Shown here in pieces: positions 1 to 12,964 of a stretch of DNA of 64,000 nt; the stretch's first letter is position 1, and each line of letters begins with the position of its first letter. The notes below the pieces were generated by a model, which saw nothing but the letters and a program-made list of their open reading frames with translations, was not told the origin of the DNA and searched no databases. This DNA comes from Hypanus sabinus (Eukaryota). The stretch covers positions 27,528,001 through 27,592,000 of the forward strand of contig NC_082731.1 in NCBI RefSeq assembly GCF_030144855.1. Reading direction: 5' to 3'. The position numbers and the translations under genes are program-made.

Positions 1-3000
1 TAGTCATAATATTAAAATATTTGGAATTTGTTTATTTCTTTATGTATCTGTTGTGCCTTTTGTCAGAGGTGTTAGTGTATAACTTTTAAAAAAGAGTCTG
101 CCTATTGGAGACAGGGGTTTAAGGATTTTAGTTTAGCATGCTGTTCGCCAATTGGATACTTTTTGGGCTTTGTGGGGAGAGGAGTTGGGCTATTAGTTTA
201 GGATTTTTTGAATGGGAAGACCTGAGAGGTTTTCCTGTCAATCATGTTGTTTTTTGTTCTCTCTGATCGAATCCATAATTTGTTCTTCCCTGCTGGTTGC
301 ACTTCCTGTGCGGGTGCACTAACTTATTTTATAAAATTATAAATTGAAGCCTTATTATGGAGCTTAATAAAATTAATATAACCTTTTGAAATCTGAATGG
401 CTTGAAACAACCTATTAAGCGTTGAAATATCTTTAAGAAATTGAAAACACTCCAAGATGATATTATTTTTGTACAAGAGACCCATATCCGTAGGGAGGAT
501 GGAAACCGTTTATTTAATTTTGGATGGGCTCTCAGTTTCACTCTTCAGCAGTAACTAAAATTAGAGGAGTATCAATTTTTATTAATTTTAAAATCCTTTT
601 TGTACATCTTAATACTGTCAGTGACTCAATTGGAAGATAATTAATTGTCACTAGTTTGTTAATTGGTCAGAACGTGGGATTGGTGTGTGTGTATGCACCT
701 AATGTTGATAGCTCTGAATTTTTTAAGAGGTTATTTTCTGCATTGCTGAATTTAAATGAATATAAGTTGATCATGGGCAGTGACTTTAACTGTTGTCTCA
801 ATCCTTCCATTGATAGGTTATCAACCAATTCGAGACTTCCTAATAAGTCTGCGACCTGTCTTAAATCTTTTTTACTGGAATACAGTTTGGTTGATATTTG
901 GAGTTTTCTCCATCCTAAAGATAGGGACTTTTCTTTTTTTCACGTGTACATCATAAATATTCAAGAATTGATTATTTTTTGTTGAATATGCAATTGGTGC
1001 CTTTTGTTTCTGACTGTGTGTATGACGCTATTGTGTTGTCGGAACATGAGCCCATTAAGCTAATACTGAAGTTCCCTGATAATATACGGAATGCAGATCA
1101 GTGGAGATTTAATGCTACACTGCTGCATGATTCAGCATGTGTAAGTTTTATTAAAAAGCAAATTGCTCTATTTTTGAATTAAATACAGCTGAGGGTATGT
1201 CAAATTTGGTTATTTGGGATGTGATGAAATCTTTTCCTAGGGAACAGATAATCTCATATTCAATAGAAGGAAAACTAAAGTGGAGCTTTTATTGATTACT
1301 AATAGTATTAAAGAAATAGATGAAGTTTATTCAGTAACACCTAGTGAAGATCTATATATGGAAAGGGTGGAACTTCAAACACAGAATGATCTGCTTTTGA
1401 CTTTTCCCATTGAGCAGCAACTTTTGAAATCTAAAAGTCAATTTTATATGCATGGGGATAAGTCAGGTAAATTGTTGGCTGGTCAACTTAAAGCAACGAT
1501 GGCTAGAAGGCAAATTTTGAAAATATGAAGAACTGATAGAACTGAAATGTCAGATTGTCTCAAAATTAATAAGGTATTTTTGGATTTTTACTCTAAACTT
1601 TATAAATCTGATTTTCCAGACAACACTACTTCTATGAATAGATTCTTGCAAAGATTGAATATATCCAAAATTTCTATTCAAGATATGAATACATTAGATG
1701 CGCCTATTAAACAACAGGAAATAGCAAGGGTTACATGCCCTTTTCAGTCAAGTAAAGCTCCGGGACCGGATGGATTTACAGTAGAATTTTTTAAGACGTT
1801 CACTGAAATACATACACCCCATTTATGCCAAATTTTCACTGATTCTATATCCTCTGGGACCCTCACAAAAACTTTTTATGGGGCATCAATTTCATTAATT
1901 CCCAAAAAAGAAAAAGATTTATCTGAATATGCCTCTTACAGACCAATTTCCTTATTAAACATGGATTCTAAAGTTCTTTCTAAGATCTTGGCTAACAGGC
2001 TCAAGAATATTTTACATAACGTTATTTCTAAGGATCAAACTGAATTTATCAAGAATAGATATTCATATTTTAATATTTGGATATTATTGAACATTATTCA
2101 TTCCTCTCCATCTAAAGAATCCAAATGTGTTGTTTCCCTTGATGCAGAGAAAGCCTTTGATAGGGTAGAATGGTCTTAATTATTTGAGGTTTTAGAAAGA
2201 TTTAATTTTGGTCCAGGTTTTACTTCCTGGATTAAGCTGATCTATCAAGTTCCTTTGGCGGCAGTTATAACTAACCATCAAAAAACTCCTTATCTTAGGC
2301 TGTACAGAGGTACCGGCAGGGTTGACCACTTAGTCCGCTGTTATTCAACCTGGGTTTAGATCCTCTTGCTATTGCTCTTCAGGACACCAACAATCTTCAA
2401 GGTATTAAGAGAGTGGATAAAGTGAATAAGGTTTTGTTGTATGCAGATGACTTGTTTATATTTCAAATCCTAAGCAATCTATTCCTTCTATGTTATCTAT
2501 AATTTCTGCACTTAGTAGTTTTTCTGGATATAAATTAAATTTGCACAGAAGTGAGTTATTTCCTATTAATAATGACTTGGGTCAATATGAACAAATTCCT
2601 TTTAGCAGTGCTAAAAATAACTTTACTTATCTTGGTATTAAAATTACCAAAAATTTTAAGGACCTGTATAAATATAACTTTCTTCCATTAATTGAATACA
2701 CTCAACAAATACATCCCTATGACATTATCATTAATTGGTTGAATTAATGCTATTAAAATGATAGTGTTATTGAAGTTCTTATATATGTATTCCAAGCAGT
2801 CCCTTCCTTTGTTCCTAAACTGCTTTTTGATAGAATAGACTCTAACATTTTATCTTATATTTGGAATAATAAAAATCCTAGATCAAGAAAACCTCTATTG
2901 CGGAAATTAAAATAGCAAGGTGGTATGGCTTTGCCAAATTTTAGAATGTATTACTTAGCAATTAATATTTGATATATTTTGTTTTGGGTTCATTATTCAG

Positions 3001-3818
3001 ATATACATGACTGTCCTTTATGGGTGGATTTGGAGAAAAACTCGGTGAAAGGGTATTCTTTGGCCTCTTTACTGGGAGCTCCTCTTACATTTTTGCTTTC
3101 TAAGATTGGTAGTTGAGACCTCAATCCCATTATCAAACATACATTAAGAATTTGGTTTTAGTTTCATAGATTTTTTTAGTTTAATAACTTTGTTCTTTCT
3201 AGCAGAAACCATCTTAATTATTTTTTGAACCATCAATTTCTGATCAGACCTTTTAAATTTGGAAAACCAAATGAATAATAACTTTTTTAGACTTGTTTAT
3301 GGGGGATTTTTTAATGACTTGCACTCACTTAGTGGACAAATATGACTTATCTAATGCACATTTTAATAGATATTTACAGATTAAGAATTTTGTATGTTGC
3401 TTACTTCCAAATTTTCCCTCTGCTTTTTCACCCAATATGATAGTTACTCTTTTTCTGGTTAAACCATTTCAAAAAGGAATGATAGCTATAATTTATAAAT
3501 GGTTATTGAATTTGCGAAAGGGATCTAACAATAAAATTAAAGATGCATGAGAATTGGAATTTTAAGAGTCACTTTCAGATAACGAATGGGATAAAATTTT
3601 TCATTTGGTAAATACTTCATCTATTTCTGCCCATCATTCTTTGATACAGTTCAAGGTAGTCATTAGGCACATATGTCAAAGGATAAATTAGCCCGTATCT
3701 TTCCCAATATTAATCCTATTTGTAACAGATGTAATATTGAGGTGCCTACTTTAACTCATATGTTTTGGTCTTGTATCAAGATAGAAAATTTTTGGAAAGA
3801 TGCCTTTCAAACTTTATC
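1..3818 (+). mobile_element. L1/Tx1-like LINE (L1a), 5' part: end of inter-ORF spacer and decayed ORF2 (APE endonuclease, RT, Cys-rich region)
   Basis: Fragmented ORFs contain QETH, VYAPN and GSDFNC..D (EN), SSKAPGPDGF, YRPISLLN and [13 protein letters not shown] (RT), and CNRCNIEVPTLTHMFWSC. There are many stops and frameshifts. Reading breaks at FQTLS (3818) and resumes at 10866 with KVLNLDLQPN. Confidence 0.93.
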
Positions 3819-6222
3819 TTTCTTTCTTTTTACAATATTTTTATTCAGAAAAAAAAGATTTACAGATTGCAACACATAGATACATCTCAACATAACTTGT
3901 GTACATTCATATATTGTAATAAAATTGATCAAAATGTTATAGCATAACACATAAAGCTATACCACTCTGTAATCAAAAATTAAAAGATAGGTCATACATC
4001 ATATATATATAAAAGTTGACCCCCTACCAAATACCAAAGAAAAAAGCTGATGGATGACAATGGATAATTAGAAAAAACATATTCACTTAAGAGATGATAA
4101 AAATATACATAGAAGTCTGTGCACTGTTAAACTTTATAGATTGGAAAAGTAATTTAGGAAAAGTCCCCAAATATCATAAAAAGATTGCTTCGATTTTAAA
4201 ACTGAGCAGTGGATCTTTTCTAAATTTAAATATGACATAATATCACGTAGCCTTTGAAGTTGTGTAGGAGGGGTAGACAACACCCATTTAAGCAAGATTG
4301 CTCTTCTTGGTAAAAGAGAGTTAAAACCTGTAGGTTAGGAGTATTTAAAGTTATATCTTCATTTGCAATAATACCAAACAAGGCAGTAAGGGGATTTGGG
4401 ACAAATTGGACCCTAAAAAGTTGAGAGAAGGTATGAAATACTTCCCACCAAAGCTTTTCAATTGTAGGGCAAAACCAAGACATATGAATTAAAGAGGCAT
4501 CAGCAGAGTTGCATTTATTACAAAGTGGAGAAACATTCGGGTAAAAACTGGAGAGCTTCTGTTTAGAAATGTAAGCTCTATGAACCACTTTAAATTGTAG
4601 AAGAGAATGACGAGCACAGAAAGATGATTTATTAACCTGTTTAAGAATTTTGTTCCATCTTTCATCAGAAATCTGACAATTTAGGTCATCCTCCCAAGCT
4701 TTTTTTATTTTATCTAAAAAGTCCTGTCTAGAATCAATCAACAAGTTATAGGTACCGGTAATAGAACCACTAACAAAAGGTTTTAAATTTAAAAGATTGA
4801 CCAGTAAATTTTTATCAGGACCTCTAGGAAAAGTAGCTAATTGGAAACGTAGAAAATCTCTAATTTGAAGTTATCTGAAAAAATGTGATTTTGGGAGTGC
4901 AAATTTATTTGCCAATTGGTCAAATGAAGCAAGAGATCCTGAGATAAACAGGTCCCAAAAACACTTAATACCTAATTCATCCCAATCTTTAAAGACTTTA
5001 TCAGTCATGGAAGGAATAAAAAAATAATTAAGGAGAATGGGAGATGATAATGAAAAATTCGCTAAACCAAAAAATTTTCTAAATTGAGACCAGATCCTTA
5101 AAGTTTGCTTAACAATTATGTTATCTGTTGTTTCATTTGCTGAAAAAGAAGAGTATGATCCAAGAAGAGAGACAATAGAGGATTTTTTTTTTTTTACACA
5201 GAATTAATTTCTAAGGAGACGCATGATGGGCAATCTTTACTATAAATATAATTGGACCAGAAAGTAATATTTCTTATATTGGCAGCCCAATAGTAAAACC
5301 TAAAATTGGATAGGGCTAGTCCACCTATCTCTTTATTTCCTTGTAAGTAAACTTTACTTAAACGAGCTTGTTTATTATTCCAAATATAAGAGGTTAAAAT
5401 TGAATCTAAAGAATCAAAGTACATCTCAGGAATAAAAATAGGTAATGCCTGAAAAAGATAAACATTTAGGAAGAATCTTCATTTTAATCGAATTAATTCG
5501 GCCAATTAGGGATAAAGAGGGGACAACTTAGAAAGTGTCTTTTTCACATAATTCAATAAGGGGTTTAAGTTTTCTTTGAATAAACTCTTGAAGTTTTTAG
5601 TAATTTTTACACCTAAATATGTAAATTGACTTGTAACAACTTTGAACGGAAATTTGGCACTTGATGACATTAGGTCATTTAAAGGAAATAGCTCACTTTT
5701 ATGTAGGTTCAGCTTATATCCTTAAAAAGAACTAAACTGGGATATTAAAGAAAGAACCAAAGGTAAAGAAGTTTCAGTGTTGGAGATAAAAAGTAAAATA
5801 TCATCAGTGTATAAAGAAATTCTTCCCTTAGTATACGAGAAATGTCCTTAGCTTCTCGAAGTGCTATTGCTAAGGGTTCTATAGCTAAAGCAAAAAGTAA
5901 AGGACTAAGAGTACCTCCTTGTCTAGTTCCCCGCTGTAATTTAAAGGGCTTAGAAATTTGGGAGTTAGTAATAACCTGAGTGGTAGGAGACAAGTAGATT
6001 AATTTAACTCAACAAATAGAATTAGGCCCACAATTAAACTTTTCTAAGGTCTTAAAAAGATAATTCCACTCAATCCTATCAAAGGCTTTTTCTGCATCTA
6101 AGGATACCTTTGATATTTTTTTTGAATGGTGAATATATCAAATTCAATAACCGACATATATTAAAATGTGAGTAATGATCTTTAATAAATCCTGTCTGGT
6201 CATGTGATATAATAGATGGTAG

Positions 6223-6544
6223 TGTAGCGGTGTGCTACACGCAGCTCTGAAATAAGGACATGGAGTCGGTAAACTGCAGTTAAAAAAAGATTTTATTTGA
6301 ACTTCGCGGCCTCGCTTTAAAGCTTCCCTGATCCCATCCTCCCCAGGCGCGGATGCTGTAGGGGGCATGTATTCACAGTCCTGTCCTGCGCGCTGATGCT
6401 GTAGAGGGCACATATTCACAGTCCCGCATAGGCTTTTCCCTTTGTTGGTGAAGCAGACCTGGCGCCCTTTTTGGACTGGCCTTTATGCTGGCACGCTGGC
6501 TATTTCTGAGCAGGTTCAAGTGTGCTAGGAAGTAGGTCGCCACA
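6223..6544 (-). repeat. 3' LTR of the Gypsy element
   Basis: tgtagcgg...gtcgccaca. Aligns end to end with 10222-10543 at roughly 85-90% identity, contains an internal ~38-bp tandem repeat, and is adjacent to the PPT. Confidence 0.95.
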
Positions 6545-6547
6545 TAA

Positions 6548-6564
6548 CCCCCCCCTTCCCCCCC
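6548..6564 (-). promoter_or_regulatory. Polypurine tract of the Gypsy element
   Basis: The minus strand reads GGGGGGGAAGGGGGGGG, 3 nt before the 3' LTR. Confidence 0.9.
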
Positions 6565-9500
6565 ATAACCGGCGATACACCCCCCAATGTCCACAGTCTG
6601 GGTCGGACCCGGTTTGGGAGGTCGGCCTCTGCGCCGCAGTGCCGTAAACTCAACCGGTTGCCCCATGTCCACATGGGCTGGTTTGAGTTGGTCCACCGTG
6701 AAAACCTCCTCCCTCTCCCTAACGTCCAGCATGATTGTGGACCCGTTGTTCATGATCACCGTAAACAGCCCCTCGTAGGGCCGTTGCAGCGGTGGCCGAT
6801 GCCCGCCCATTCGTGCAAACAGAAACTTACAGTTCTGCAGGTCTTTGGGTACACAGGTCGGGTTCTGCCCATGCTGCGAAGTGGTTATGGGGGCCAGGTT
6901 GCCGAGCCTCTCGCGTAGTGTGCCCAGGACTGCTGCGGGTTCCTCCTTGTGCCCCCTTGGGGCTGGTATGAACTCCCCGGGGACGACCAGGGGTGCACCG
7001 TACACCAACTCGGCCGACGAGGTGTGCAGATCGTCTTTGGGCACCGTGCGGATGCCGAGTAGGACCCAGGGAAGCTCGTCCACCCAGTTAGCTCCTCGCA
7101 GGTGGGCCATTTTAGGTGCCGACTTTAGGTGACGGTGGAAACGCTCCACCAGCCCATTTGATTGTGGGTGGTAGGCAGTTGTGTCCCCAAAAGGCTGGCC
7201 ATAGCTGACCACGGGCTGGAGGTGAACTGGGCGCCTCTGTTGGAGGTAATGTGGGCCGGTACACCAAAGCAGGACACCCAGGTGGTGATCAGTGCCCAGG
7301 CACTAGATTCGGAGGTGGTGTCGGTGAGCGGGACCACCTCTGGCCATCTTGTGAACCGGTCCACGATAGTCAGGAGGTGCCGCTCTGCGCGACACAGGCA
7401 GGGGGCCCACGATATCCACATGAATGTGGTTGAAACGCCGGTTGGTGGGGTGGAACTGATGCGGTGGGGCTTTGGTGTGCCGCAGCACCTTGGCCGTCTG
7501 GCAGTGCGGAGTCCGTGCCAAACGAACCTGCTGGAGACCACCCAGATGGTTGTTATGAATGGAGTCGAAAACACGTCGCTGCCAGGTTGCCGGGACAACG
7601 GGACGGGGTTGGCCAGTGGTGATGTCACAGAGTAGGGTCCTCTCACCTGGGCCTATGGGGAGGTCCTGAAGCTGCAAACTGGAGACTGCGGTTCTGTAAC
7701 TAGGGATCTCCTCGTCTGCCTGCTGTGCCTCTGCCAGCGCCTCAAAGTCTACCCCTTGGGAAAAGGCATGAATGTTAGGGCGAGAGAGCGTGTCCGCCAC
7801 GACATTGTCCTTACCCAAAATGTGCCGGACATCCGTCGTGTATTCAGAGATGTCGGACAGATGGCGCTGCTGGCGCCAGGGATCGGACACCTTCGTGAAC
7901 GTAAAGGTAAGCGGCTTGTGGTCCGTGAACGCGGTGAAGGGCCTACCTTCTAAGAAGTACCTGAAATGGCGGATTGCCAGGTATAGCGTCAACAGTTCCC
8001 GGTCGAAAGCACTGTATTTGAGCTCAGGTGGCTGCAGGTGTTTGCTGAAAAATGCCAGGGGTTGCCAGCGACCCTCAATGAGTTGCTCCAGTACCCCACC
8101 GACTGCCGTGTTAGATATGTCCACTGTGAGGGTGGTAGGGACGTCCATTCTGGGGTGCACTTCATTTTAATGAAAGCGGCAGTGGACTCCTCATCCCAGG
8201 CAATGTCCTTGCCCTTACCCGACATCAGGGCGAACAGGGCGTGCATGATTCGGGCAGCTGAAGGGAGGAAGCAGTGGTAGAAATTTACCATACACACGAA
8301 TTCCTGAAGGCCTTTGATTGTGGTGGGTTGGGGAAAATGGCAGACCACGTCTACCTTAGCGGGCAGAGGGGTTGCCCCGTCTTTAGTAATCCTGTGGCCC
8401 AGGAAGTCGATGGTGTCAAGCCCAAACTGGCATTTGGCCGGGTTGATTGTCAGGCTGTATTCACTCAGTCCGGTGCAGAGTTGACGGAGGTGGGACAGAT
8501 GCTCCTGATGACTGCTGCTGGCTATGAGGATGTCGTTCAAATAGATGAATGCGAAGTCCAGGTCGCTTCCCACGTGTCCATTAACCGCTGGAACATCTGT
8601 GCGGCATTCTTCAGGCTGAACGGCATGCAGAGGAACTCGAAAAGGCCAAAAGGGGTGATGAGTGCCGTTTTGGGGATGTCGTCCAGATGCATTGGGATTT
8701 GATGGTATCCCCGGACGAGGTCTACCTTGGAGAAGATCCGTGCACCGTGCAGGTTTGCTGCAAAGTCCTGACTGTGCGGCACAGGGTAGCAGTCCGGTGT
8801 GGTAGCCTCATTCAGCCTGCGGTAGTCGCCGCATGGTCTCCAGCCCCCGCCGCTTTCAGCACCATGTGCAGGGGGGAGACCCATGGGCTGTCGGACCACC
8901 GTATGATCCACAATTCCTCCATCCTCTTGAACTCCTCCTTCGCCAGTCGGAGCTTGTCTGGGGGAAGCCTCGAGGACAGGCGTGGAGGGGTGGTCCCTGG
9001 GTCGGGATGTGGTGCTGTACGCCGTATCGGGGCATGGCTGCCATGAACTGCGGTGCCAGAACCGATGGGAAATCCGCCAGGACTCTGGTGAAGTCGTTGT
9101 CGGACAGCATGTTGGAGTCGAGGTGTGGGGCTGGCAACTGGGCTGCACCCAGGGAGAACGTCTGGAAGGTCTCAGCGTGGACCAGTCTCTGCCTCGGCAG
9201 GTCGACCAGCAGGCTGTGAGACCGCAAAAAATCCGCACCCAGAAGCGGTTGGGCTATGGCGGCCAGAGTGAAGTCTCACGTGAACCGACTGGAGCCGAAC
9301 TGTAGCTGCACCCTATGGGTGCTGTAGGTCCTTACTGTGATGCCATTCACGGCCCTCAGGGTGGGACCCGGTGCCATGTTGTGGGTGTCGTAACTCATCG
9401 GAGGTAAGACGCTGATCTCGGCACCGGTGTCAACCAAAAAATGGCATCCTGACCGCTTGTCCCACACATACAGGAGGCTATCCCGATGGCCAGCCACCAT

Positions 9501-10181
9501 AGCCATCAGTTGGCGGCTGGCCCTGGCGTTTCCCGGGAACTTGCAGGGTGGGCGACAGCAGCGGGGTTCTGTGCCCCACCGCTGGTGGTAGAAACACCAT
9601 TGTTCATTGGGCTCCCCACCCCTGCCTTTGGAGTTAGCGGGCTCTGTGGCTGGGCCTGGTGATCTGTGCAACGGACACCCCACTCACCTTCTTGGCGTTC
9701 CACAGCAAGTCCGCCCAGGCTGCCACCTTCCGGGGTCGCCGAAATCCGCGTCGGACAGCAGCAGGCATATGTCCTCGGGCAGCTGCTCCAGGAATGCCTG
9801 CTCAAACATGAGGCAGGGCTTGTGTCCTCCAGCCAGAGACAACATCTCATTCATTAAAGTCGAAGGAGGTCTGTCTCCCAAACCATCCAGGTGCAGTAAA
9901 TGGGAAGCCCGCTCGCGCCGTGAGAGTCCGGAAGTCCTTATGAGCAGGGCTTTGAATTCTGTGTATTTGCCGTCCGTCGGGGGAGACTGTATGAACTCTT
10001 CAACCTGGGCCGCTGTTCCCTGGTTGAGGGAGCTCACCACGTTGTCATAACGTGTGTCCTCCGAGGTTATCTGCCAAATGTGGAATTGAGCTTCTGCTTG
10101 CTGGAACCATAGGTGAGGTCGTAGCATCCAGAAGCTTGGCAGTTTCAACGAAACTGCATGAACAGATGCGGCGTCGGTCAT
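6565..10181 (-). pseudogene. Frameshifted gag-pol of the Gypsy element
   Basis: Gag starts MTDAASVHAVSLKLPSFW at 10181. RT has GGWRPCGDYRRLN, FSKVDLVRGYHQIP and YLNDILIAS (YLDD mutated). RNase H has FTDHKPL and DNVVADTLSR, and IN has TTAYHPQSNGLVERFHR. These are spread over several frames. Confidence 0.92.
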
Positions 10182-10205
10182 CTTCGGCCCAAATATTGTT
10201 TGGGC

Positions 10206-10219
10206 CGTCGGGGTCACCA
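10206..10219 (-). promoter_or_regulatory. Primer-binding site, tRNA-Trp
   Basis: The minus strand reads TGGTGACCCCGACG, 14 nt identical to the known tRNA-Trp PBS (as in avian leukosis/sarcoma viruses). It starts 2 nt after the LTR. Confidence 0.9.
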
Positions 10220-10221
10220 AT

Positions 10222-10543
10222 TGTGGCGGTGTGTTATACGCAGCGCTGGAGTAACGACACAGAGTCGGTAAACTGCAGTTAAAAAATGATTTTATTCGAA
10301 CTTTGTGGCCTCGCTTTAAAGCCTCCCTGATCCCACCCTCCCCGGGCGCGGATGCTGTAGGGGTCACATATTCACAGTCCTGTCCCGCGCATCGATGCTG
10401 TAGGGGGCACATATTCACAGTCCTGCGCGGGCTTTTCCCTTTGTTGGTGAAGCAGACCTGGCGCCCTTTTGGGACTGGCCTTGATGCCGGTGCGCTGGCT
10501 ATTTTTGAGCCAGTTCGAGTGCGCTAGGAAGTGGGTCGCCACA
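10222..10543 (-). repeat. 5' LTR of the Gypsy element
   Basis: tgtggcgg...gtcgccaca, followed on the minus strand by the PBS. Confidence 0.95.
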
Positions 10544-10861
10544 GTAGAATATTTTCAAGTGTTCGAGCTAAGATTTTGGCTAAAATTTTTGCATCAACAT
10601 TTAATAAAGAAATCGGTCTGCATGAAGAACATTCAGCTGAGGGAGTTTACCTGATTTAAAGGACTCTGATAAAACAGAAGATAAATAAGGTGTAAGTAAC
10701 GTAGTGAAAGTTTTATAAAACTCCCCAGGAAAGCCATCAGCTCCTGGGGTCTTACCAGAATGTAAAGCACGTATAGCATCAGCCAATTCTTCATTGGAAC
10801 TAGGCTGATCTAACTGTGTTAGACTATCAGCAGACAATGATATTACTGAAAAAAGCGTTCA

Positions 10862-11490
10862 TATCAAAAGTCTTGAATTTGGACCTACAACCAAATTTAT
10901 TTACAGCAATTTTTAGGATCACTTCACCAGTAGCAGGATATATTCCTATTTCTGCTCAATGGATGATAGCTTTTACAACTTTATTGGCTAGGAGAGCCAT
11001 TTTGCTTAAATGGAAGGATTCTAATCCACTGACTTTTTTTTTATTATTGGCTTATCTCCATTATGTCCTGTCTAAATTTAGAGAAAATAAGAAGTCGGAC
11101 ATTTGATACATCCTTTAAATTAAAAGAAAACTGGCGACATTTTATTCAGTATTTTCATTTGGTTTAATTTATTGTTCTTCCAGTTATTTGATCAGAAAGT
11201 TTCTCTTTTTTCTTGCTTTTACTCTCAGAATAGGCTGTCCAGTCCAGAGTGGGTTTTTTTTATTATGTATATAAAAATTATAAAAGTTTCGTTATCTTTT
11301 TTCTTCTTTTCATGGAATGAAAAGAGGAGAATTGATTATCTTATTTTTATTATCTACTATTAGATTAATACTATGTATGATCTTGATAATGTTTATTTTA
11401 CCTTTTATATGAACTATTATCGATACAGATATTTGGGATAATTCTCCTCCTGTTTATATATGTACTTTTTTAATAAATAAAAAGATTGAT
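10862..11490 (+). mobile_element. L1a 3' part (ORF2 C-terminus, 3'UTR, A-rich tail)
   Basis: SKVLNLDLQPNLFTAIF...LLARRAILLKWK continues the L1a frame interrupted at 3818. A T-rich 3'UTR follows, then AATAAATAAAAAG near 11473-11490. Confidence 0.85.
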
Positions 11491-11540
11491 AAGAGAAGAA
11501 GGAGAATTTACCAGCACCGTGTTACACACACCAGAGCCAG

Positions 11541-12332
11541 TGTTACGTACTCGTGACGTGACAGTGGTACCCTTGTCGCGTGACTGGGGTTGAAGCTATA
11601 CTGAACTTGAGGTAATGGTCTTGTGATGGTGGAGTGACGTCATTTTCCCGCCAGTAGAGGTCATGTGATAGGTTTTTTTAACAGGGTACAAAAGGAGGAA
11701 CGCTCCCTGTGAGGAGGGGCCATTCGTGGCTGGATTTGCCATGTTGACTTCATGCCACTGCGTGATTTAATGTGATGACACAGTTCAGTTGAAAGATGAA
11801 GTTTTATCTAATGCCTAAAGTTTAAAAGGTCATTGCCAGCAGTTTCTTTACAATACTGCTAGTTGAGAATCAGTGGAGAGTGAAGATCAGAGTTCGGGAG
11901 ATAAAAGATCGAGGAGATCCTTGTTTGATCCTTATTCGGAAGGAATTCGTTGACTGTTCTCATGTTAATCCCTGTGAAATAGAAGAAGGGATTGAGGACA
12001 GTGTGCTAAAGGAAAGGTCAGTGCCTTTAAGCCGTTTCGTTTCGTAAATTCTTTGTGGGAAAAGTTCGATTTGGGAATTTAAAGCATCTTAAAAAGTCTC
12101 TCCCTGAAATGGACTGTGAGCATTTTGAACTTTTGGTAATACTGCATTAAAGAACTGTTTTTGCAACATCGCTTTAAGAACTGTTAAGCTGCCGCACAGC
12201 AGCTGATTTCCGGTTACGTTAGCGATTTGTTTACTTTTGGGGGGGGTTGTTTTCAGTGTTTAATAAAGGTGTTATTTGTTATAAAAAAACCTTGCCTAAC
12301 TCATATATTTATTGTTGCCTGAATCCGTAACA
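11541..12332. mobile_element. Solo LTR (792 bp)
   Basis: Ends are tgttacg...cgtaaca (7-bp terminal inverted repeat). CCAG flanks both sides (11537-11540, 12333-12336). No coding content. Confidence 0.85.
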
Positions 12333-12382
12333 CCAGATATTGGGGAATGAGCCATAATCAGTGTCTCAATCCCATATTTCAA

Positions 12383-12482
12383 CATATTAACGTATATTAA
12401 TATTAATTATATTAAATTTCTTTATATTATTAATATTATATTAATATATTATATTAAATTATATTAATATTAACATATTAAC
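12383..12482. repeat. AT-rich low-complexity minisatellite (tattaa/tatatt units)
   Basis: About 100 bp almost entirely A/T. Absent from the paralogous block near 37870. Confidence 0.85.
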
Positions 12483-12489
12483 AGAACTC

Positions 12490-12700
12490 ACTGTCAAGAC
12501 CAAAGCCTTTGGTCTTCCCAGTGTTTAGCTGAAGGAAGCTTTGTGCATCCTGTAGTATCCCCCATCAGAGAGTGTGGAGGTGTTTATAAAAGTTCAGGTG
12601 ACACAGAACTGGATATCCACAATGTAAATGTTTTAATGTGATGTCAGCAAGAGAGTGCATTTTGAGAAAATATGCCAATGCAGGAAAATACAACAGACAC
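12490..12700 (-). mobile_element. Ancient L2-like LINE RT fragment (paralogous copy at about 38060-38270)
   Basis: Minus-strand remnant resembles the H-C-YADDTQLY...WM..NFLQLN..KT segment of L2 RT. Heavily decayed. Confidence 0.5.
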
Positions 12701-12964
12701 TGGGCTAAAACACACAAGTAGTAGAAAACATGAACAGGTACTAGATTAATGCAAACCAAGAATAGAATAGAATGGGTTCCCCATGTCCATAACCTGGAGT
12801 GAATGTGTCAGTGGGGGGGGGGGGAACGTCACGTGATAACGTCGGCTTGAGATGTTAGGAAACCAGCTCCCTCGTAAAAAGTAATAAAACAAAGTTTAAG
12901 TGAAGAAGAGTTAGTAAGTACCTTCTAGAAACTACTTATAAGCAACTCAGGATTACTTTTGGAT

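Larger units (their letters stand above)
6223..10543 (-). mobile_element. Complete (decayed) Ty3/Gypsy LTR retrotransposon, CsRN1/Kabuki-like clade
   Basis: Two 322-bp TG..CA LTRs, a 4-bp GTAG TSD (6219-6222, 10544-10547), PBS and PPT are all present. Gag, PR (FLVDTGAEISV), RT, RNase H and IN occur in Gypsy order. Gag carries C-X2-H-X9-C-X3-C (CFYHQRWGTEPRCCRPPC). Confidence 0.95.
3819..10861 (-). mobile_element. 5'-truncated L1-like LINE (L1b) inserted into L1a and itself interrupted by the Gypsy element
   Basis: Minus-strand ORF pieces include HSGKTPGADGFPGEF, RPISLLNVDAKILAK...ENIL|PSIISHDQTGFIK, GTRQGGTLSPLLFALAIEPL and CNKCNSADASLIHMSWFC. A polyA signal and (GAAA)n tail lie at about 3819-3845. 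TATC flanks both ends (3815-3818, 10862-10865). Confidence 0.9.

Noticed and set aside
6587-10527. Many long overlapping ORFs on both strands within the Gypsy element
   Set aside because: They are shadow ORFs of GC-rich gag-pol with no independent protein motifs.
10601-11490. Apparent twin-priming 5' inversion of an L1
   Set aside because: The minus-strand piece has its own 3' end and TSD, and the plus-strand piece continues L1a, so this is nesting and not inversion.
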